In this document: one piece after another, positions 9,624 to 20,480 of the stretch
How positions within the stretch are numbered: position 1 is the first letter of the stretch
How the letters are laid out: every line of letters starts with the position of its first letter
Assembly: GCA_963737905.1 (NCBI GenBank)
Contig: CAVTUQ010000029.1
Coordinates: forward strand, 1-64,000
DNA length: 64,000 bases
DNA from: an uncultured delta proteobacterium
GTDB taxonomy: Bacteria; Desulfobacterota; Binatia; UBA9968
Direction: 5' to 3'
Program-made: the position numbers and the translations under genes
Notes under the pieces: model-generated
Database searches by the model: none
The model's input: the letters and a program-made list of their open reading frames with translations, nothing else
What the model was told of the DNA's origin: nothing

Positions 9624-9726
9624 ACTGTTTCCCCTCCCTCACGGATTTTGCCTGGTGCTACATTACTTTCGGCTTTCTTCTCAACGTCGGATTTATCTAT
9701 CGGTGTTAAATAGCTGTTGTCGTTAA

Positions 9727-9741
9727 ACAAAGTCTGTGCCA
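9727..9741 (-). promoter_or_regulatory. Sigma-54-like promoter (nucleotidyltransferase)
   Basis: TGGCAC-AGACT-TTGT (GT instead of GC at -12). Confidence 0.55.
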
Positions 9742-9945
9742 ATCCCAGAAAACATTTTGGTGGGGCGATTTGGCGGGATTTTTCAGAAAGAGCTATGAGA
9801 TTCGCTAAGTTTTTGTCAGATTTTTCGATACAGCGTTCGGGAAAGGCGCACTAAGGATGCACATTCAAGCGGCCATCTCTTTAAGAGCAAGCGCGCCACT
9901 CGTGCCGGCGGCTCTGCATTTTTGCTCCCCCGGCGATTCGCTGGC

Positions 9946-11062
9946 TCAGGCCGAGGCGCCTTCGACGTGAATCAGCTGAGATTTGGCTACGGGGGGCCGG
10001 TGTTTTTCTTGCTGCACCGTCGGGCGCTTTCTGATCGGTGTCGTTTTCAGCTTTACTGGCTTCCCGGTTTCGGACGCGCGGTAGAGCGCGCGAACAATGC
10101 GGACGTCTGCCAGCCCCTCCTCTCCAGATGGTTCCGGCTCGATATTTTTCCGGATGCAATCCGAAAAATAGAGTAGCTCAGAGGCAAATTGATCGCGTCG
10201 CGCGAAAGTGCGGGCGGTGGTCTTATCGCCGATGGTAACGTACATCTTTAGCGCCATAGCGTACTCAAAGGCAGGATCTAAGCGCAGTTTTCCCTTGGTT
10301 CCAACAATTTCATAAGAGGCGACATCGGCAGATCCGAAGCTGGTGGTGAAGCTTGCGATCCGCTGTGCAGGAAATCGAAGGACCGCAGACGTCATCTCAT
10401 CTATTTCCTTGAATCGGCGATCGTTGCGTGCGGCGGCACAAGCGAAGGCTTCCACGGGCTCGTTCTGGAAAAGATTGCGCGCAGCATTGATGCAATAGAT
10501 GCCGAGATCATAGAGGGTTCCGCCCCCCAGATCGGCCTGAGTCCGGATGTTTCCCTCTTTAACCTGTAGTCCAAAAACCGAGCTGAAAATGCGGGGCTCG
10601 CCCAGTTTGCCGGCTTTCACGATCTCGATCGCCCTCAAATTGGCCTCTTCAAAATGAAGCCGGTAGGCAATCATCAGCTTGATCTTGTGCTTCTGTGCGG
10701 CGCGGATCATTGCTTGACATTCCCGTTCGGTGACAGCCATGGGCTTTTCACACAAGACGTGGACGCCAGCCTGCGCCGCTCGAATCGAGTATTCTGCGTG
10801 CATGCTGTTGGGGAGCGCGATATATACGGCATCGACGTCGCCGCTCCGCAGACAGTCGTCGTAATGTTTATAGGGATAGGTAAGTTTGACGCCGTAACGA
10901 TGGCCAAGTTGCCTCCAATTTCTCGGAATCGTCAGACACTAATGCGGTAAGTTTGGAATTCCGCGCCGCATGGGCAAAAGCCGGCAGCACGGCAACTTGA
11001 GCAATGTGTCCCAGACCGACAATCGCGTAGCGAATTTTGGCTAACTTTTTATTTTTGGCCAT
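9946..11062 (-). CDS. Gfo/Idh/MocA oxidoreductase (frameshifted ~10860-10920)
   Basis: IRYAIVGLGHIAQ in 10868-11062; HVLCEKPMA and GGGTLYDLGIYC in 9946-10803. Confidence 0.88.
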
Positions 11063-11091
11063 GCCTTACCTCCGAGTGATTTCGAATCAGT

Positions 11092-11106
11092 GCAAGGAAG
11101 ATACCA
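11092..11106 (-). promoter_or_regulatory. Sigma-54 promoter (Gfo oxidoreductase)
   Basis: TGGTAT-CTTCC-TTGC. Confidence 0.68.
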
Positions 11107-11234
11107 TTGCGCCCAAGGCACGGACGTTGGTAGAAGGGGAGAGCAGAGCGATGTTCATGTAGTTTGCCAAAATTCAACAGCCGCTATAGCTCTGCACCGA
11201 TAGTGTAGTTAATTAGAGACCTGAATGTGCTCTC

Positions 11235-11249
11235 TGGCACAGCTCTTGC
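11235..11249 (+). promoter_or_regulatory. Sigma-54 promoter (DUF748)
   Basis: TGGCAC-AGCTC-TTGC. Confidence 0.78.
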
Positions 11250-11326
11250 CCGTAGTCGTATAGGAATTTCAAAACGTAGGAGAGCGTATAGAAATATCTG
11301 ACTACCGGTTGTCAGCGATGTGATCC

Positions 11327-12934
11327 ATGGCATTCAGAAACGTCGATTCCTATTTTAGCAAGCTCGTCGAGCGAAGATCCGTTCTTTGGATAGGGGCATC
11401 AATTTCGGTGATCCTGATTCTTATCTTTGCGGCAGCCTTCCTTCTTGACGAGCCCTTGCGAAAGAAGATGGAAGCGGACATCAATAAGAGCCTGAAAGGC
11501 TACAGCGTCCGCATCGGGCACCTCGACTTCCACCCCATCGGGCTTTCACTCGATCTCGAAGATTCGACGATTTATCAAACTGCTCATCCCGATCCCCCGG
11601 TCGTGCACATACCCAGTCTGAGCGCGAGCATTCACTGGAAAGCCTTGTTGCATGGGCGTCTCGTGGCTGATTTTGAGCTGGACGATCCAACTCTACGATT
11701 CGATCTCAGCCAGTTTAGTCAAGAAGCCCAGGATAAGACTCCGATCAAAGAAAAAGGATGGCAGGATGCCGTGCGGGCGATTTATCCCCTTAAAATTAAT
11801 CGATTTGTGATTCGGAACGCCGACATCACTTACATCGACAAAGGGCCATTCCGACCACTGCAGCTCACGAAAGTTAATTTTCTCGCCGAAAACATTCGAA
11901 ATGTCGAGTCAGAGGAAGGAACTTACCCGTCACCCGTCGAATTGGCCGGCGTTGTATTTGATACCGGCAGATTGGAGCTAAAGGGCAATGCCGACTTTCT
12001 TGCCGAGCCTCATCTGACTTTCGAGGCCGATTTCCAAATCGAAAATATCGCTCTTGATTATTTCAAGCCGATCAGTGAACGATACAATTCTTCAGTGCGT
12101 AAGGGGGTGCTTTCTGCCGCAGGCTCGGCTGAATATACTCCTGACGTTACCAGACTGAACATTCAAAAAGTGAGTCTGAACGGGGTTGAGGCGGACTATA
12201 TTTATGACGCGCCGGGCGCGCCCGTGAAAGAGACCGCAAGTAAGGTTGGCAAAACCGCAAGAAAATACAGCAACGAACCGACCTTGGAGCTTAAGGTCAA
12301 CGAAGTGGAAGTGCGCAAGAGCCAGCTCGGATATGTCAATCGAGCGGCAAAACCTCCCTACCGGGTTTTTTTAAGTGATACAACTTTAGCGATAGAGAAT
12401 TTCAGTAACCACCTGGAAGACGGCGTCGCCCGCGGGAAAGCCCAGGCGAAATTCATGGGAAGCGGATCGACTTTGATTGACTTCGCTTTTCGTCCGGAGA
12501 ATAAAGGGCCTGATTTTAATCTAGCGCTCCGCATCGAGGACACGGACATGCGAACAATGAATGATCTTTTCCGCGCTTACGGCAATTTTGACGTTACCGC
12601 CGGGGTGTTTTCGTTTTATTCGGAAATCAAAGTTCGGCAGGGAAAGATCGAGGGTTATGTCAAGCCTCTCTTCCGCGACATGAAAGTCTATGATGAACGC
12701 CAGGATCGCGAGAAAAGTTTGTTCCGGAAACTCTATGAGGGACTTGTCGGCGGCATTGCGGGTTTGTTGCAAAACCGACCGCGCGAAGAAGTGGCAACGG
12801 AAACGTCGGTTTCCGGAGACATAGAAAAACCTGAAACCAGCACCTTCGAAACGGTAGTGCGGCTAGTTCAAAATGCGTTCTTTAAAGCAATCCTTCCCGG
12901 GTTCGAAAAGGAAATCTCCCAGCATTCCAACTAA
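11327..12934 (+). CDS. DUF748/AsmA-like membrane-anchored protein
   Basis: N-terminal TM helix, beta-rich body, MNDLFRAYGNFDV, GYVKPLF, LVQNAFFKAI. Confidence 0.75.
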   Translation: MAFRNVDSYFSKLVERRSVLWIGASISVILILIFAAAFLLDEPLRKKMEADINKSLKGYSVRIGHLDFHPIGLSLDLEDSTIYQTAHPDPPVVHIPSLSASIHWKALLHGRLVADFELDDPTLRFDLSQFSQEAQDKTPIKEKGWQDAVRAIYPLKINRFVIRNADITYIDKGPFRPLQLTKVNFLAENIRNVESEEGTYPSPVELAGVVFDTGRLELKGNADFLAEPHLTFEADFQIENIALDYFKPISERYNSSVRKGVLSAAGSAEYTPDVTRLNIQKVSLNGVEADYIYDAPGAPVKETASKVGKTARKYSNEPTLELKVNEVEVRKSQLGYVNRAAKPPYRVFLSDTTLAIENFSNHLEDGVARGKAQAKFMGSGSTLIDFAFRPENKGPDFNLALRIEDTDMRTMNDLFRAYGNFDVTAGVFSFYSEIKVRQGKIEGYVKPLFRDMKVYDERQDREKSLFRKLYEGLVGGIAGLLQNRPREEVATETSVSGDIEKPETSTFETVVRLVQNAFFKAILPGFEKEISQHSN

Positions 12935-13127
12935 CAGCTCATGCCAAATCTCGTTACGCCCGGGGATATTGGATTAATGAGCGGGGTAACGTCCGATAAT
13001 TAGCGTTGTCGTATACCTGACAACGGATGCGAGATTTAAACCCATCTTGACGGCTCGTAGATAAGAGTCATTATTTAAGTAGTCGTAGCATGTGCGAGAT
13101 TTGGCACTCGAAGAAAGGTAAATCGAG

Positions 13128-13520
13128 ATGAAAAAGCGAGGCCTACATGAGCGACAGTTGACTGAGGCGCGAGCCATCTGGCGGAGATTCTGCGCAATAT
13201 TAAATGCAACGGAAAGGCAATACGCCGCTGACGTCATGCCGATATTAGTAGATCTATACCGACGACACGAAAGGGTCTGCGGCCATGAAACAGAACTGAA
13301 AGCGTCTCGCGAGGATGTGGTGTTTCTTTACGAGATACACCATATCGATGACTACGGCCCTGCACTGGCGGGGCGGGTGAGAAAAGTAATGCGAGATTTT
13401 GAGCTGAATCATGAAGCGAAACAAGTGCTGAGAAAAAAGTTTCGACTGATTAAGGGAGGGCTGAAAGCTAACCAGCCGACAAGTTCCAGAGGCGACTTGA
13501 GGCTCCTGGAACGCATGTAA
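13128..13520 (+). CDS. Hypothetical protein
   Basis: 130-aa ORF with AAGG RBS and an upstream TTGACG..CATTAT sigma-70-like promoter. Confidence 0.6.
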   Translation: MKKRGLHERQLTEARAIWRRFCAILNATERQYAADVMPILVDLYRRHERVCGHETELKASREDVVFLYEIHHIDDYGPALAGRVRKVMRDFELNHEAKQVLRKKFRLIKGGLKANQPTSSRGDLRLLERM

Positions 13521-13560
13521 AGTGTAAGTGTCTAGACGCCAAGCTTCTGAACGGCGACTT

Positions 13561-14694
13561 CTATTGGCGTCGACCTCGGACCATCTTAGGGCTCGGATCC
13601 TCCACCTCCAGCCAGCGAATCACAGTTGTCGTTAAGGCCACGGTGACCAGATCGAGCGGTTTGGCGCGCATAAAGTGATCGTTGCCTAGATCAGCCAGGG
13701 TCACACTGCGAGGCAGAATCATATCGGCTAGTAAGGACACGCCATCGTTTGGTCCGTACTTGCTGAGAATGGAAAAGCCTCTGTGCGCCCACAGCGACAT
13801 GCTGCCGGTGAGAGGAACGCCGAGGTAATTGACCACCAGCACATGCTCGGGAATGCGGAAAGAATTGAAACGTTGGCGACTGCGGCTGGTCGTCAAGCTT
13901 TCCTTGCCCGCCACGTCCACGTTTCCCACGAGAAATTCCAATTCCCGGAAAAGGTGTTCATTCACCAGCGGGGTACCCTGAAGCACACCGACGACGTTGA
14001 TCCATGCTGCGACATGGGCTGTCTTAGCCGGCCCCAGGCGCGTCAGGGCTAGCGCGACTTCCGAACCCGCTTTGCTGGCACTGACGATGATCAGCCGACG
14101 GCTGCTCAAGGCGCGATCCTGGATCGCAGCTGCCACCAGGTTGGCATTGGTTTCGATGGCACCATCGTCCTGAGTTTCGACGAAGTGGCATGGGATGCCC
14201 AGGCTTTGAAGTGCCTCCCGCGGAGCGGCCAAATCCGCGCCCGCGCCAGGAAGCCGAGCATAGAGGTAGATGGGTACAAACAGCGCCTCATAACGCGCCG
14301 CCGTTATGGGGAGTTCCGCCCCTTGGGGAGAAGCTTTCCGAGTAGCATCATAAGCCTGATCAAAAGCGTTTCGAAAACGACGATTGACGGGCACGCGAAC
14401 GATATGGTCGGCCAAGTATAAAGACGCAAAATCAACCGAGAATTCTTCGGTCAATTGCTTGAGCTGGTCCCGATCCGGAAGCTTCTGGTCAGCACTCCGG
14501 TCTGCGCGATCGATACGGTCGTTGAGAGCCGCATCGGTGACTTCTCCCGCCAGATAGTTTTCTACATAGTAACGCGCCGCCTCCGAGTCGACCCGGGTCT
14601 GTATGGTTTGCATCCCAACCTGGCCTTGCACTGGCACGCCGGCGCAGCTCCACGTCATGACCAACACAACCCCCCAGGCGCCAAGCCAACACAA
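13561..14694 (-). CDS. Putative alpha/beta-hydrolase-fold lipoprotein
   Basis: WSC lipobox-like motif, SASKAG nucleophile elbow, LQGTPL, PNDG, DH. Confidence 0.6.
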   Translation of the reverse strand: MCWLGAWGVVLVMTWSCAGVPVQGQVGMQTIQTRVDSEAARYYVENYLAGEVTDAALNDRIDRADRSADQKLPDRDQLKQLTEEFSVDFASLYLADHIVRVPVNRRFRNAFDQAYDATRKASPQGAELPITAARYEALFVPIYLYARLPGAGADLAAPREALQSLGIPCHFVETQDDGAIETNANLVAAAIQDRALSSRRLIIVSASKAGSEVALALTRLGPAKTAHVAAWINVVGVLQGTPLVNEHLFRELEFLVGNVDVAGKESLTTSRSRQRFNSFRIPEHVLVVNYLGVPLTGSMSLWAHRGFSILSKYGPNDGVSLLADMILPRSVTLADLGNDHFMRAKPLDLVTVALTTTVIRWLEVEDPSPKMVRGRRQ

Positions 14695-14786
14695 GGTGGG
14701 AAACTCGTCTCTGGGTGCTGTGATTCTTCGCAGTCATCTTCTCCCTCACTGGATCTGCCTCCACGTGGTGAGAAGGGTGACGAGCT

Positions 14787-15440
14787 TTAGTATCGCGTTA
14801 AAACCTCGCGCAACTTATTCGCGCCGGCGGGAGGTTCCACTTTGCCCGCGAGGATGTCCCTCGCATCGACCGGTTTACCGTAGTATTCCGCATTGGCCTC
14901 GTCGCGAGTGCCGATGACCGTGCCATCCAAAGAAATACCCGCAAACAGTCCCTGGCTGCGGCTGTAGGTGTACATCGCCGCTCCCAGCGTCAAGCTGGCC
15001 TCGGCATCGCGCCCAATGGGACCTGCCGCTACACTCAGGCTGCCCCCGAGAGTAACATTGCCTCCTTTGGAAAACGCCGCAACGGCCTCCGGAGTATTAA
15101 GGATAATTACGAGCTCCGACACCTGAACCCCCGCCTGAAAACCAAAACCCATCCCTCCCGTGCCGATGGCTGAAGGGCCGCTCCAGCCTTTCTCCGTTCG
15201 CGCAACGACGATCCCGGTGCCACCCCTGGCGCTCACGATGAATCCGCCTTTAGTAACGGTAAGGATCGCCAGGCCCTTTGCTTCGCGCAACACTGCCTGC
15301 GGAATGGCCTGCTCGGGAATCTCCTGAAAGCGTTCAATGATCGTAACGGCCTGATCAACGTCCGCCTGCATATCGGCGTGGACAGCAGGGGCCAGCCCCG
15401 CCAGGAGTCCAATTGCAATTGAGAAGATAGTGGCTCTCAC
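14787..15440 (-). CDS. SYLF/Ysc84 lipid-binding protein
   Basis: GWSGPSAI, AGPIGRDAEA, YSRSQGLFAGISLDG, ANAEYYG. Confidence 0.9.
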   Translation of the reverse strand: MRATIFSIAIGLLAGLAPAVHADMQADVDQAVTIIERFQEIPEQAIPQAVLREAKGLAILTVTKGGFIVSARGGTGIVVARTEKGWSGPSAIGTGGMGFGFQAGVQVSELVIILNTPEAVAAFSKGGNVTLGGSLSVAAGPIGRDAEASLTLGAAMYTYSRSQGLFAGISLDGTVIGTRDEANAEYYGKPVDARDILAGKVEPPAGANKLREVLTRY

Positions 15441-15618
15441 CTAAAAACCTCCGTGCGATGCCCAGACGTCGAGCATCTGTATTTGTCAGAATCCTGCGAC
15501 CCTCAACCGGCTTTTCGGGACCGTTTGTTTTTACTTTGCTCCAGTTTCTCACCAAACTGCGACGCGCGGATCGAACGAACTGATTGAGCCATATTCGTAG
15601 ATTGCTCCACAGGATGGA

Positions 15619-15633
15619 GCAAAACGTATTCCA
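15619..15633 (-). promoter_or_regulatory. Sigma-54 promoter (SYLF operon)
   Basis: TGGAAT-ACGTT-TTGC. Confidence 0.62.
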
Positions 15634-15806
15634 AAGGAAATTATCTAGAGTGTCCTGATTTCCGCGGCCACCTTGCGGCCGCTTTACCTACAAATCACAG
15701 CCGGTTTTGCGTACAACCGTCTGTCAAAGACTCTCTCGAACCACCTCCAATTTTGATTATGATGACCCATTGACAAATAAGCCTCTGCGGTATTATTGGA
15801 CATTTC

Positions 15807-16118
15807 ATGAGACTGCGAGACCATCCGCTGATGACCTATCGGGGGATTCGAAGTTGGCCACCGGTTTGGACATGGGTAGGGGGCGCGGATAACACACGTC
15901 CTGAGGGAGAGGTCGGAGTTCTCACGGAAGCCAAAGCTTCAAGGATCGAACCGCCGGATCGCATGTTTCTCTATATGGAACACCAAAACGCATCCTATAT
16001 CGGGTGTCTCTTGGTAGATGATCAAACTTTCTGCCGCCAAATCTGCGCGTTGTTGCAGAACTGGTGCGGCCGTTCCATCGAGGACATTGGCGCTTGCGAT
16101 CTTTCTTACACGCTTTAG
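15807..16118 (+). CDS. Hypothetical protein
   Basis: 103-aa globular-looking ORF (MRLRDHPLM..WPPVW). Confidence 0.6.
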   Translation: MRLRDHPLMTYRGIRSWPPVWTWVGGADNTRPEGEVGVLTEAKASRIEPPDRMFLYMEHQNASYIGCLLVDDQTFCRQICALLQNWCGRSIEDIGACDLSYTL

Positions 16119-16147
16119 ATTTGGGCTTTAAGCTTCGATAATTACCG

Positions 16148-16519
16148 TTATTTCCGCAACGCCTTTTTTACCGCCAGCTTGAAATCGGCGATATCGATGG
16201 GTTTCATGAGAAAGATGTCCGCGCCTTCCCTGGCAGCGGTTCCGGCTGTGTGCGCGGTGCCATAACCGGATATCAAAATAAACGGCAGCGCCTGGTTTAC
16301 CGTCTTCCCCTTTTTGACCACGTCCAATCCGTCGATGCCATTCATCTTCAGGTCGGTGACCACCAAATCGAATGAACTTTTGACCAATTTCTCGATGGCT
16401 TCGCTCCCGGAAGCGGCGCATTCCACCTCATAGCCTTCTTTTTCCAGAATCCTGCTAAAGAGAACCCGGACATGCTTCTCGTCATCGACGACAAGAATTC
16501 GTTCATGAGCTTCGGTCAT
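16148..16519 (-). CDS. Single-domain response regulator
   Basis: LVVDDE, DLVVTDLKM, ISGYG, MKP. Confidence 0.92.
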   Translation of the reverse strand: MTEAHERILVVDDEKHVRVLFSRILEKEGYEVECAASGSEAIEKLVKSSFDLVVTDLKMNGIDGLDVVKKGKTVNQALPFILISGYGTAHTAGTAAREGADIFLMKPIDIADFKLAVKKALRK

Positions 16520-18395
16520 CGGATTTGCCCCCCTTCAATGGGAAATGAAGAAGGAAAGTCGTGCCTCGCCCCAGGCTGCTTTCCACCGCGATGCTGCCGC
16601 CATGGGCTTTGAGGATTCGATCACACACGGAAAGCCCCAGGCCAGTGCCGCGTTTTTGCTTTGTCGTAAAAAACGGCTGAAAAATATGCGGCAGGGTTTC
16701 AGGATGAATGCCTTGACCGGTGTCGGATACCGCGATAGTCAAATCATCGGCCGTTTCAGCGGTCGCTCCGACGGACAGAACCCCGCCGGCCGGCATCGCA
16801 TCCACCGCATTGAAAAAGAGATTGATCAGAACCTGTTTCAGCGTTTGCGGATCGCCGTAAATGGCGGGGAGATCCTCCGGAATCCGAATATCAACCGAGA
16901 CATGGAATTTATCCAAATAGCCCCGAACTAACTTGATGCTATCCCGGACCAGGGCGTCGACGCTGATGGGCACCGGCTCATTGCTGGTCGGGCGGGCAAA
17001 ATCGAGCAGATTTCTAATGATGCCCCGGCAGCGCCGTGCTTCATCCTCGATGACGCGCAGGTCCTGCTGCCGGTCCTCAGAAAAATTTTCTTCCTGTAGC
17101 AGATTTTGCGCAAAGCCGAGAATGATCTGCAACGGATTATTGAATTCATGGGCGAGCGACGCAGACAACTCGCCAACTGAAATCAATCGGTCGTTGGCAA
17201 TGAGGTGATCCTCCAGCTGATTGGCAAAGGCCAGCAACTGGGTCTCGCTGTGGCGCAACTTTTCTTCCACCTCCTTGCGCTCGTTGACCTCCGACCGTAG
17301 CACTTCATTGGTCTTGGCCAGCGCGCCCGTGCGCTCGTCGACCCTTGATTCCAGCTCGTCCCGGGTTTTCCGGAGCTCCACGGTCTGGCTTTTGAGTTTC
17401 TCGTAAAGCTGGGAATTATGAATCGCGATCGCCGCTTGGACCGCCAGAGAAGAAAACGAGTCGATCTCATCCTTGGTGAATTCGTGCTCTTCTTTGGTGT
17501 ATAGACCCAGGATACCTAGGACTTCTCCCTGCACGGTTAATGGGACCCCGAGGTAAGAAACCAAGCCGTTGCGGATATAAAAATCGGGGGATCGGCTGCT
17601 GGGGTCGGTTTGAACGTTGCGCGCCATGACCGGGAGCTTACGGTGGAGCAGCTCCTCCGTGCGCGGGCCCGGAACCGAGGGCGAATGGGCCTGCCACTCC
17701 TGGTGGTTGAGACCTCGAGATATAATGTGCGTCAATTTTTGCCTCTCCGGCACTATGAGTCTAACGGTCGTCGCAATGGGATACGAAAAGAGTAGTGTCA
17801 CCCTATCGAGGAGCACGTCCAGGACTTGTTGCGGATCCAAACTTGAGGTGATAGCGAGGTTGATGTCGCGCAGGACACTGATGCGCGTGAGTTGGGCCTC
17901 AATTTGCTGTTCCGCCGTCCGGCGCTGGGTCACGTCGCGTAAAAGCCAGCGCAACCCCACGAGGCGTTGTTCACCGGCGACCGGCTCGCGAACCGCCGAT
18001 ACGGTCAAGGCGGCCTCAAATGGGGGTCCATCACGCGGCTGCATTTCGGTCTCCCAACTCAAGACCTGGTCCACTTTGTCGAAGCGCTCGAGGAGTTGAT
18101 AAAAAGATTCATGCGCCGGTTCCGAAAGATAAACAATAATCGGTTTGCCGATAAGAAAATCCGCGCGCACGCGCAGCAGACTCGCTGCATTGCAATTAGC
18201 CTCCTGGATGATCCCATCCCTGTCGGTAATTAAATAGCCGTCCGGGGCCAATTCGAAGAGATCTTGGAAATGCCGCCGCTCGGCTTCCACCAGGTTCCGC
18301 GCGACAGCCAGCTCATCGTTTTGCTGTTGTAGTTCCTCCGCAGTGACGGTCAATTCTTCGATGGATGTGGAGAGTTCCTGCAACGCTTCGTGCAC
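16503..18395 (-). CDS. PAS-GAF sensor histidine kinase (N-terminus probably extends to ~18500 across a frameshift)
   Basis: AHEFNNPL, NAVDAM, DTGQG, FFTTK..GTGLGL; N-terminal EELQQQNDEL coiled coil. Confidence 0.92.
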   Translation of the reverse strand: MHEALQELSTSIEELTVTAEELQQQNDELAVARNLVEAERRHFQDLFELAPDGYLITDRDGIIQEANCNAASLLRVRADFLIGKPIIVYLSEPAHESFYQLLERFDKVDQVLSWETEMQPRDGPPFEAALTVSAVREPVAGEQRLVGLRWLLRDVTQRRTAEQQIEAQLTRISVLRDINLAITSSLDPQQVLDVLLDRVTLLFSYPIATTVRLIVPERQKLTHIISRGLNHQEWQAHSPSVPGPRTEELLHRKLPVMARNVQTDPSSRSPDFYIRNGLVSYLGVPLTVQGEVLGILGLYTKEEHEFTKDEIDSFSSLAVQAAIAIHNSQLYEKLKSQTVELRKTRDELESRVDERTGALAKTNEVLRSEVNERKEVEEKLRHSETQLLAFANQLEDHLIANDRLISVGELSASLAHEFNNPLQIILGFAQNLLQEENFSEDRQQDLRVIEDEARRCRGIIRNLLDFARPTSNEPVPISVDALVRDSIKLVRGYLDKFHVSVDIRIPEDLPAIYGDPQTLKQVLINLFFNAVDAMPAGGVLSVGATAETADDLTIAVSDTGQGIHPETLPHIFQPFFTTKQKRGTGLGLSVCDRILKAHGGSIAVESSLGRGTTFLLHFPLKGGKSDDRSS

Positions 18396-18629
18396 AAGAG
18401 GCAGCTCCAGTGGGCGAATTCAAAGACCGTCGATAGAGCGCGTCAAAGCGCCGGCGGGCGAGTGCGAGTTTTTCGCCCAGACTGCTGTGGCTCGGCATAA
18501 CGGCCATATCACTCGAGGCGCCGACTACAATGATGTCGCGCCCGGCCATATTTCAATTCTAACATGTGTCCAGGTCAGCGCTAGCGGGGTACCGAGAAAA
18601 ATGTATCGACGTCATTCAAGCCGAACCGA

Positions 18630-20480
18630 TCACCCCTCCTCTTCATCCATCAACAAGATCGCGCCTGCCCGTTCCTTATTCGCCGACAGAAGCGGCGCGC
18701 AAATGATGCGGCATTGAATGGCTTTGCCCCGGCGGTTGATGGCTTCCAATAAAACCTCCGTGCGATTTTCGGCACCCGACAAGCAAGGGCGAATGACCGC
18801 CTTCAGGCGATCCACTGGAAGGCCAATATCCAGATTCAAAAGGGACCGTCCTTGGACCTCCGTCTCTCTCAAGCCCCAGAGATCCTCGGCCCGGGGGTTC
18901 CAGACCAGAATATTGAAATTTTGATCGAAGACGATGGCGCCCAAACGCAAGCTGCTGACAATGGAATGTTGGAAAGCATTGGCCCGGTTGGCTTCCTCGG
19001 TGCGCTGGTGCAACTCGTCGTTGAGGGTCTGCAATTCTTCATTGGTGGATTGCAATTCTTCGTTCATGGTTTCGAGCTCCTCGTTGGTGGATTGAAGCTC
19101 TTCGTTGGTTGTTTCCAACTCTTCATTACTGGATTGGAGCTCTTCGTTGGTCGTTTCCAGCTCTTCGTTGCTCGATTGCAGTTCTTCACTGGCGGTTTGA
19201 ATCTCCTCCCTGGCACGCTGCAGCTCCTCCTGCAGTCTGTGATAGGAGGACACGTCGGCAAAAGAGACGGCCACGCCGAAGGGATTGTTCCCATCGTCGT
19301 AAAGCGGCATCGCTATAACGTCGAAATATTGAACCTCGGCATTGGGAAAACGTCGCTCCACGCTGGTGAGGGTAATCGAGCGCCGCTCGGCATAGGCCTG
19401 TTCGATTAAAGAGCGCAACTCCACCGGCCGGTAGGAAAGCTCCAAGTCCTGCAACGGACGCCCGATGTCTTTGGGATTTAGAGTAAAGAGCAGCCGCGCC
19501 TTTTGGTTGGCGTGCGCGAGAATTCCAGTTACGTCAACCACGACTCTAGCCATCGGTGAATATTCAAGAGCCAACTCCTGAAGACGATTCGGCCGTACTG
19601 TAAGGTTATTCATGTGATTGTTCCCGATCTCGGTCATCGTCACCAGCCGGTCGCGCATATTGCCCAGCGGCACCTTGATAAAAACCCGTGACTTGAGATC
19701 CAACGGCGTAAACAGATTGCCATGAGTCAGCAGCAACTCGGCGCGCCCTAGGAAAAGATACCCGCTATCGTTCAACGCAAAATGAAAACGCGAGAGAACG
19801 CGCGCCTGAACCTCGGAATTGAAATACATGATCGTGTTACGGCAGATCAACAAATCGAGCCGAGAGATCGGCGCGTCTTGAGTCAAATCGTGACGGCCGA
19901 AAATAACCGACCGTCGCAAATCGGCGCGAAAAACATAACGGTCATGAAGCGGCTCAAAGTATTTGCTTCTGAGCTGATCATCGATATCTTGCAAATTTTT
20001 GGCCCCATAAATCCCCTGGCGCGCCGCGTTCAGGGCCTCTTCGTCAACGTCGGTGGCGTAGATCTTGACTCGTTGGCGGCAGGCTTCGACCCCCATGGCC
20101 TCGGCCAGAAGTATCGCTGCGGTGTAAGCCTCTTCACCCGAGGCACAGCCCGCGCTCCAGACGCGGATCGGCGCGCCCGATTGCTTTTCCCGGAGAATCG
20201 CCGGAAGAACTTCATGAGCAAGGTACTCCCATGACGGCGGGTCTCTAAAGAACGACGTAACATTGATCAGCACTGTGTTAAAAAGTTGGGAAAATTCCTC
20301 CGGATGGACTTCGAGGAAATCCATATAGTCGGCAAAACTGTCGAGATGCAAAAGCTGCGCTCGCGTACTCACCCGGCGCATTAGACTGGGACGTTTATAG
20401 CCGGTGAAATCGAACCCCCGGTTTTGCCGAAGGTAGGTCAACAGTTTTTTAATCTCCTCATTGTTTTCCGATAAGCTCAT
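18630..20480 (-). CDS. cheR: CheR-type methyltransferase with PAS domains and an ELQSTNEE coiled coil
   Basis: INVTSFFRD, WSAGCASGEEAY, ATDVD, CRNTIMYF. Confidence 0.92.
   Translation of the reverse strand: MSLSENNEEIKKLLTYLRQNRGFDFTGYKRPSLMRRVSTRAQLLHLDSFADYMDFLEVHPEEFSQLFNTVLINVTSFFRDPPSWEYLAHEVLPAILREKQSGAPIRVWSAGCASGEEAYTAAILLAEAMGVEACRQRVKIYATDVDEEALNAARQGIYGAKNLQDIDDQLRSKYFEPLHDRYVFRADLRRSVIFGRHDLTQDAPISRLDLLICRNTIMYFNSEVQARVLSRFHFALNDSGYLFLGRAELLLTHGNLFTPLDLKSRVFIKVPLGNMRDRLVTMTEIGNNHMNNLTVRPNRLQELALEYSPMARVVVDVTGILAHANQKARLLFTLNPKDIGRPLQDLELSYRPVELRSLIEQAYAERRSITLTSVERRFPNAEVQYFDVIAMPLYDDGNNPFGVAVSFADVSSYHRLQEELQRAREEIQTASEELQSSNEELETTNEELQSSNEELETTNEELQSTNEELETMNEELQSTNEELQTLNDELHQRTEEANRANAFQHSIVSSLRLGAIVFDQNFNILVWNPRAEDLWGLRETEVQGRSLLNLDIGLPVDRLKAVIRPCLSGAENRTEVLLEAINRRGKAIQCRIICAPLLSANKERAGAILLMDEEEG

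Noticed and set aside
13054-13081. dif/Xer-like site (ATAA-N6-TTAT)
   Set aside because: Poor XerD arm; better explained as the promoter of the 13128 gene.
19020-19190. 21/42-bp tandem repeats as a CRISPR or VNTR
   Set aside because: They encode the CheR coiled-coil heptads and have no unique spacers.
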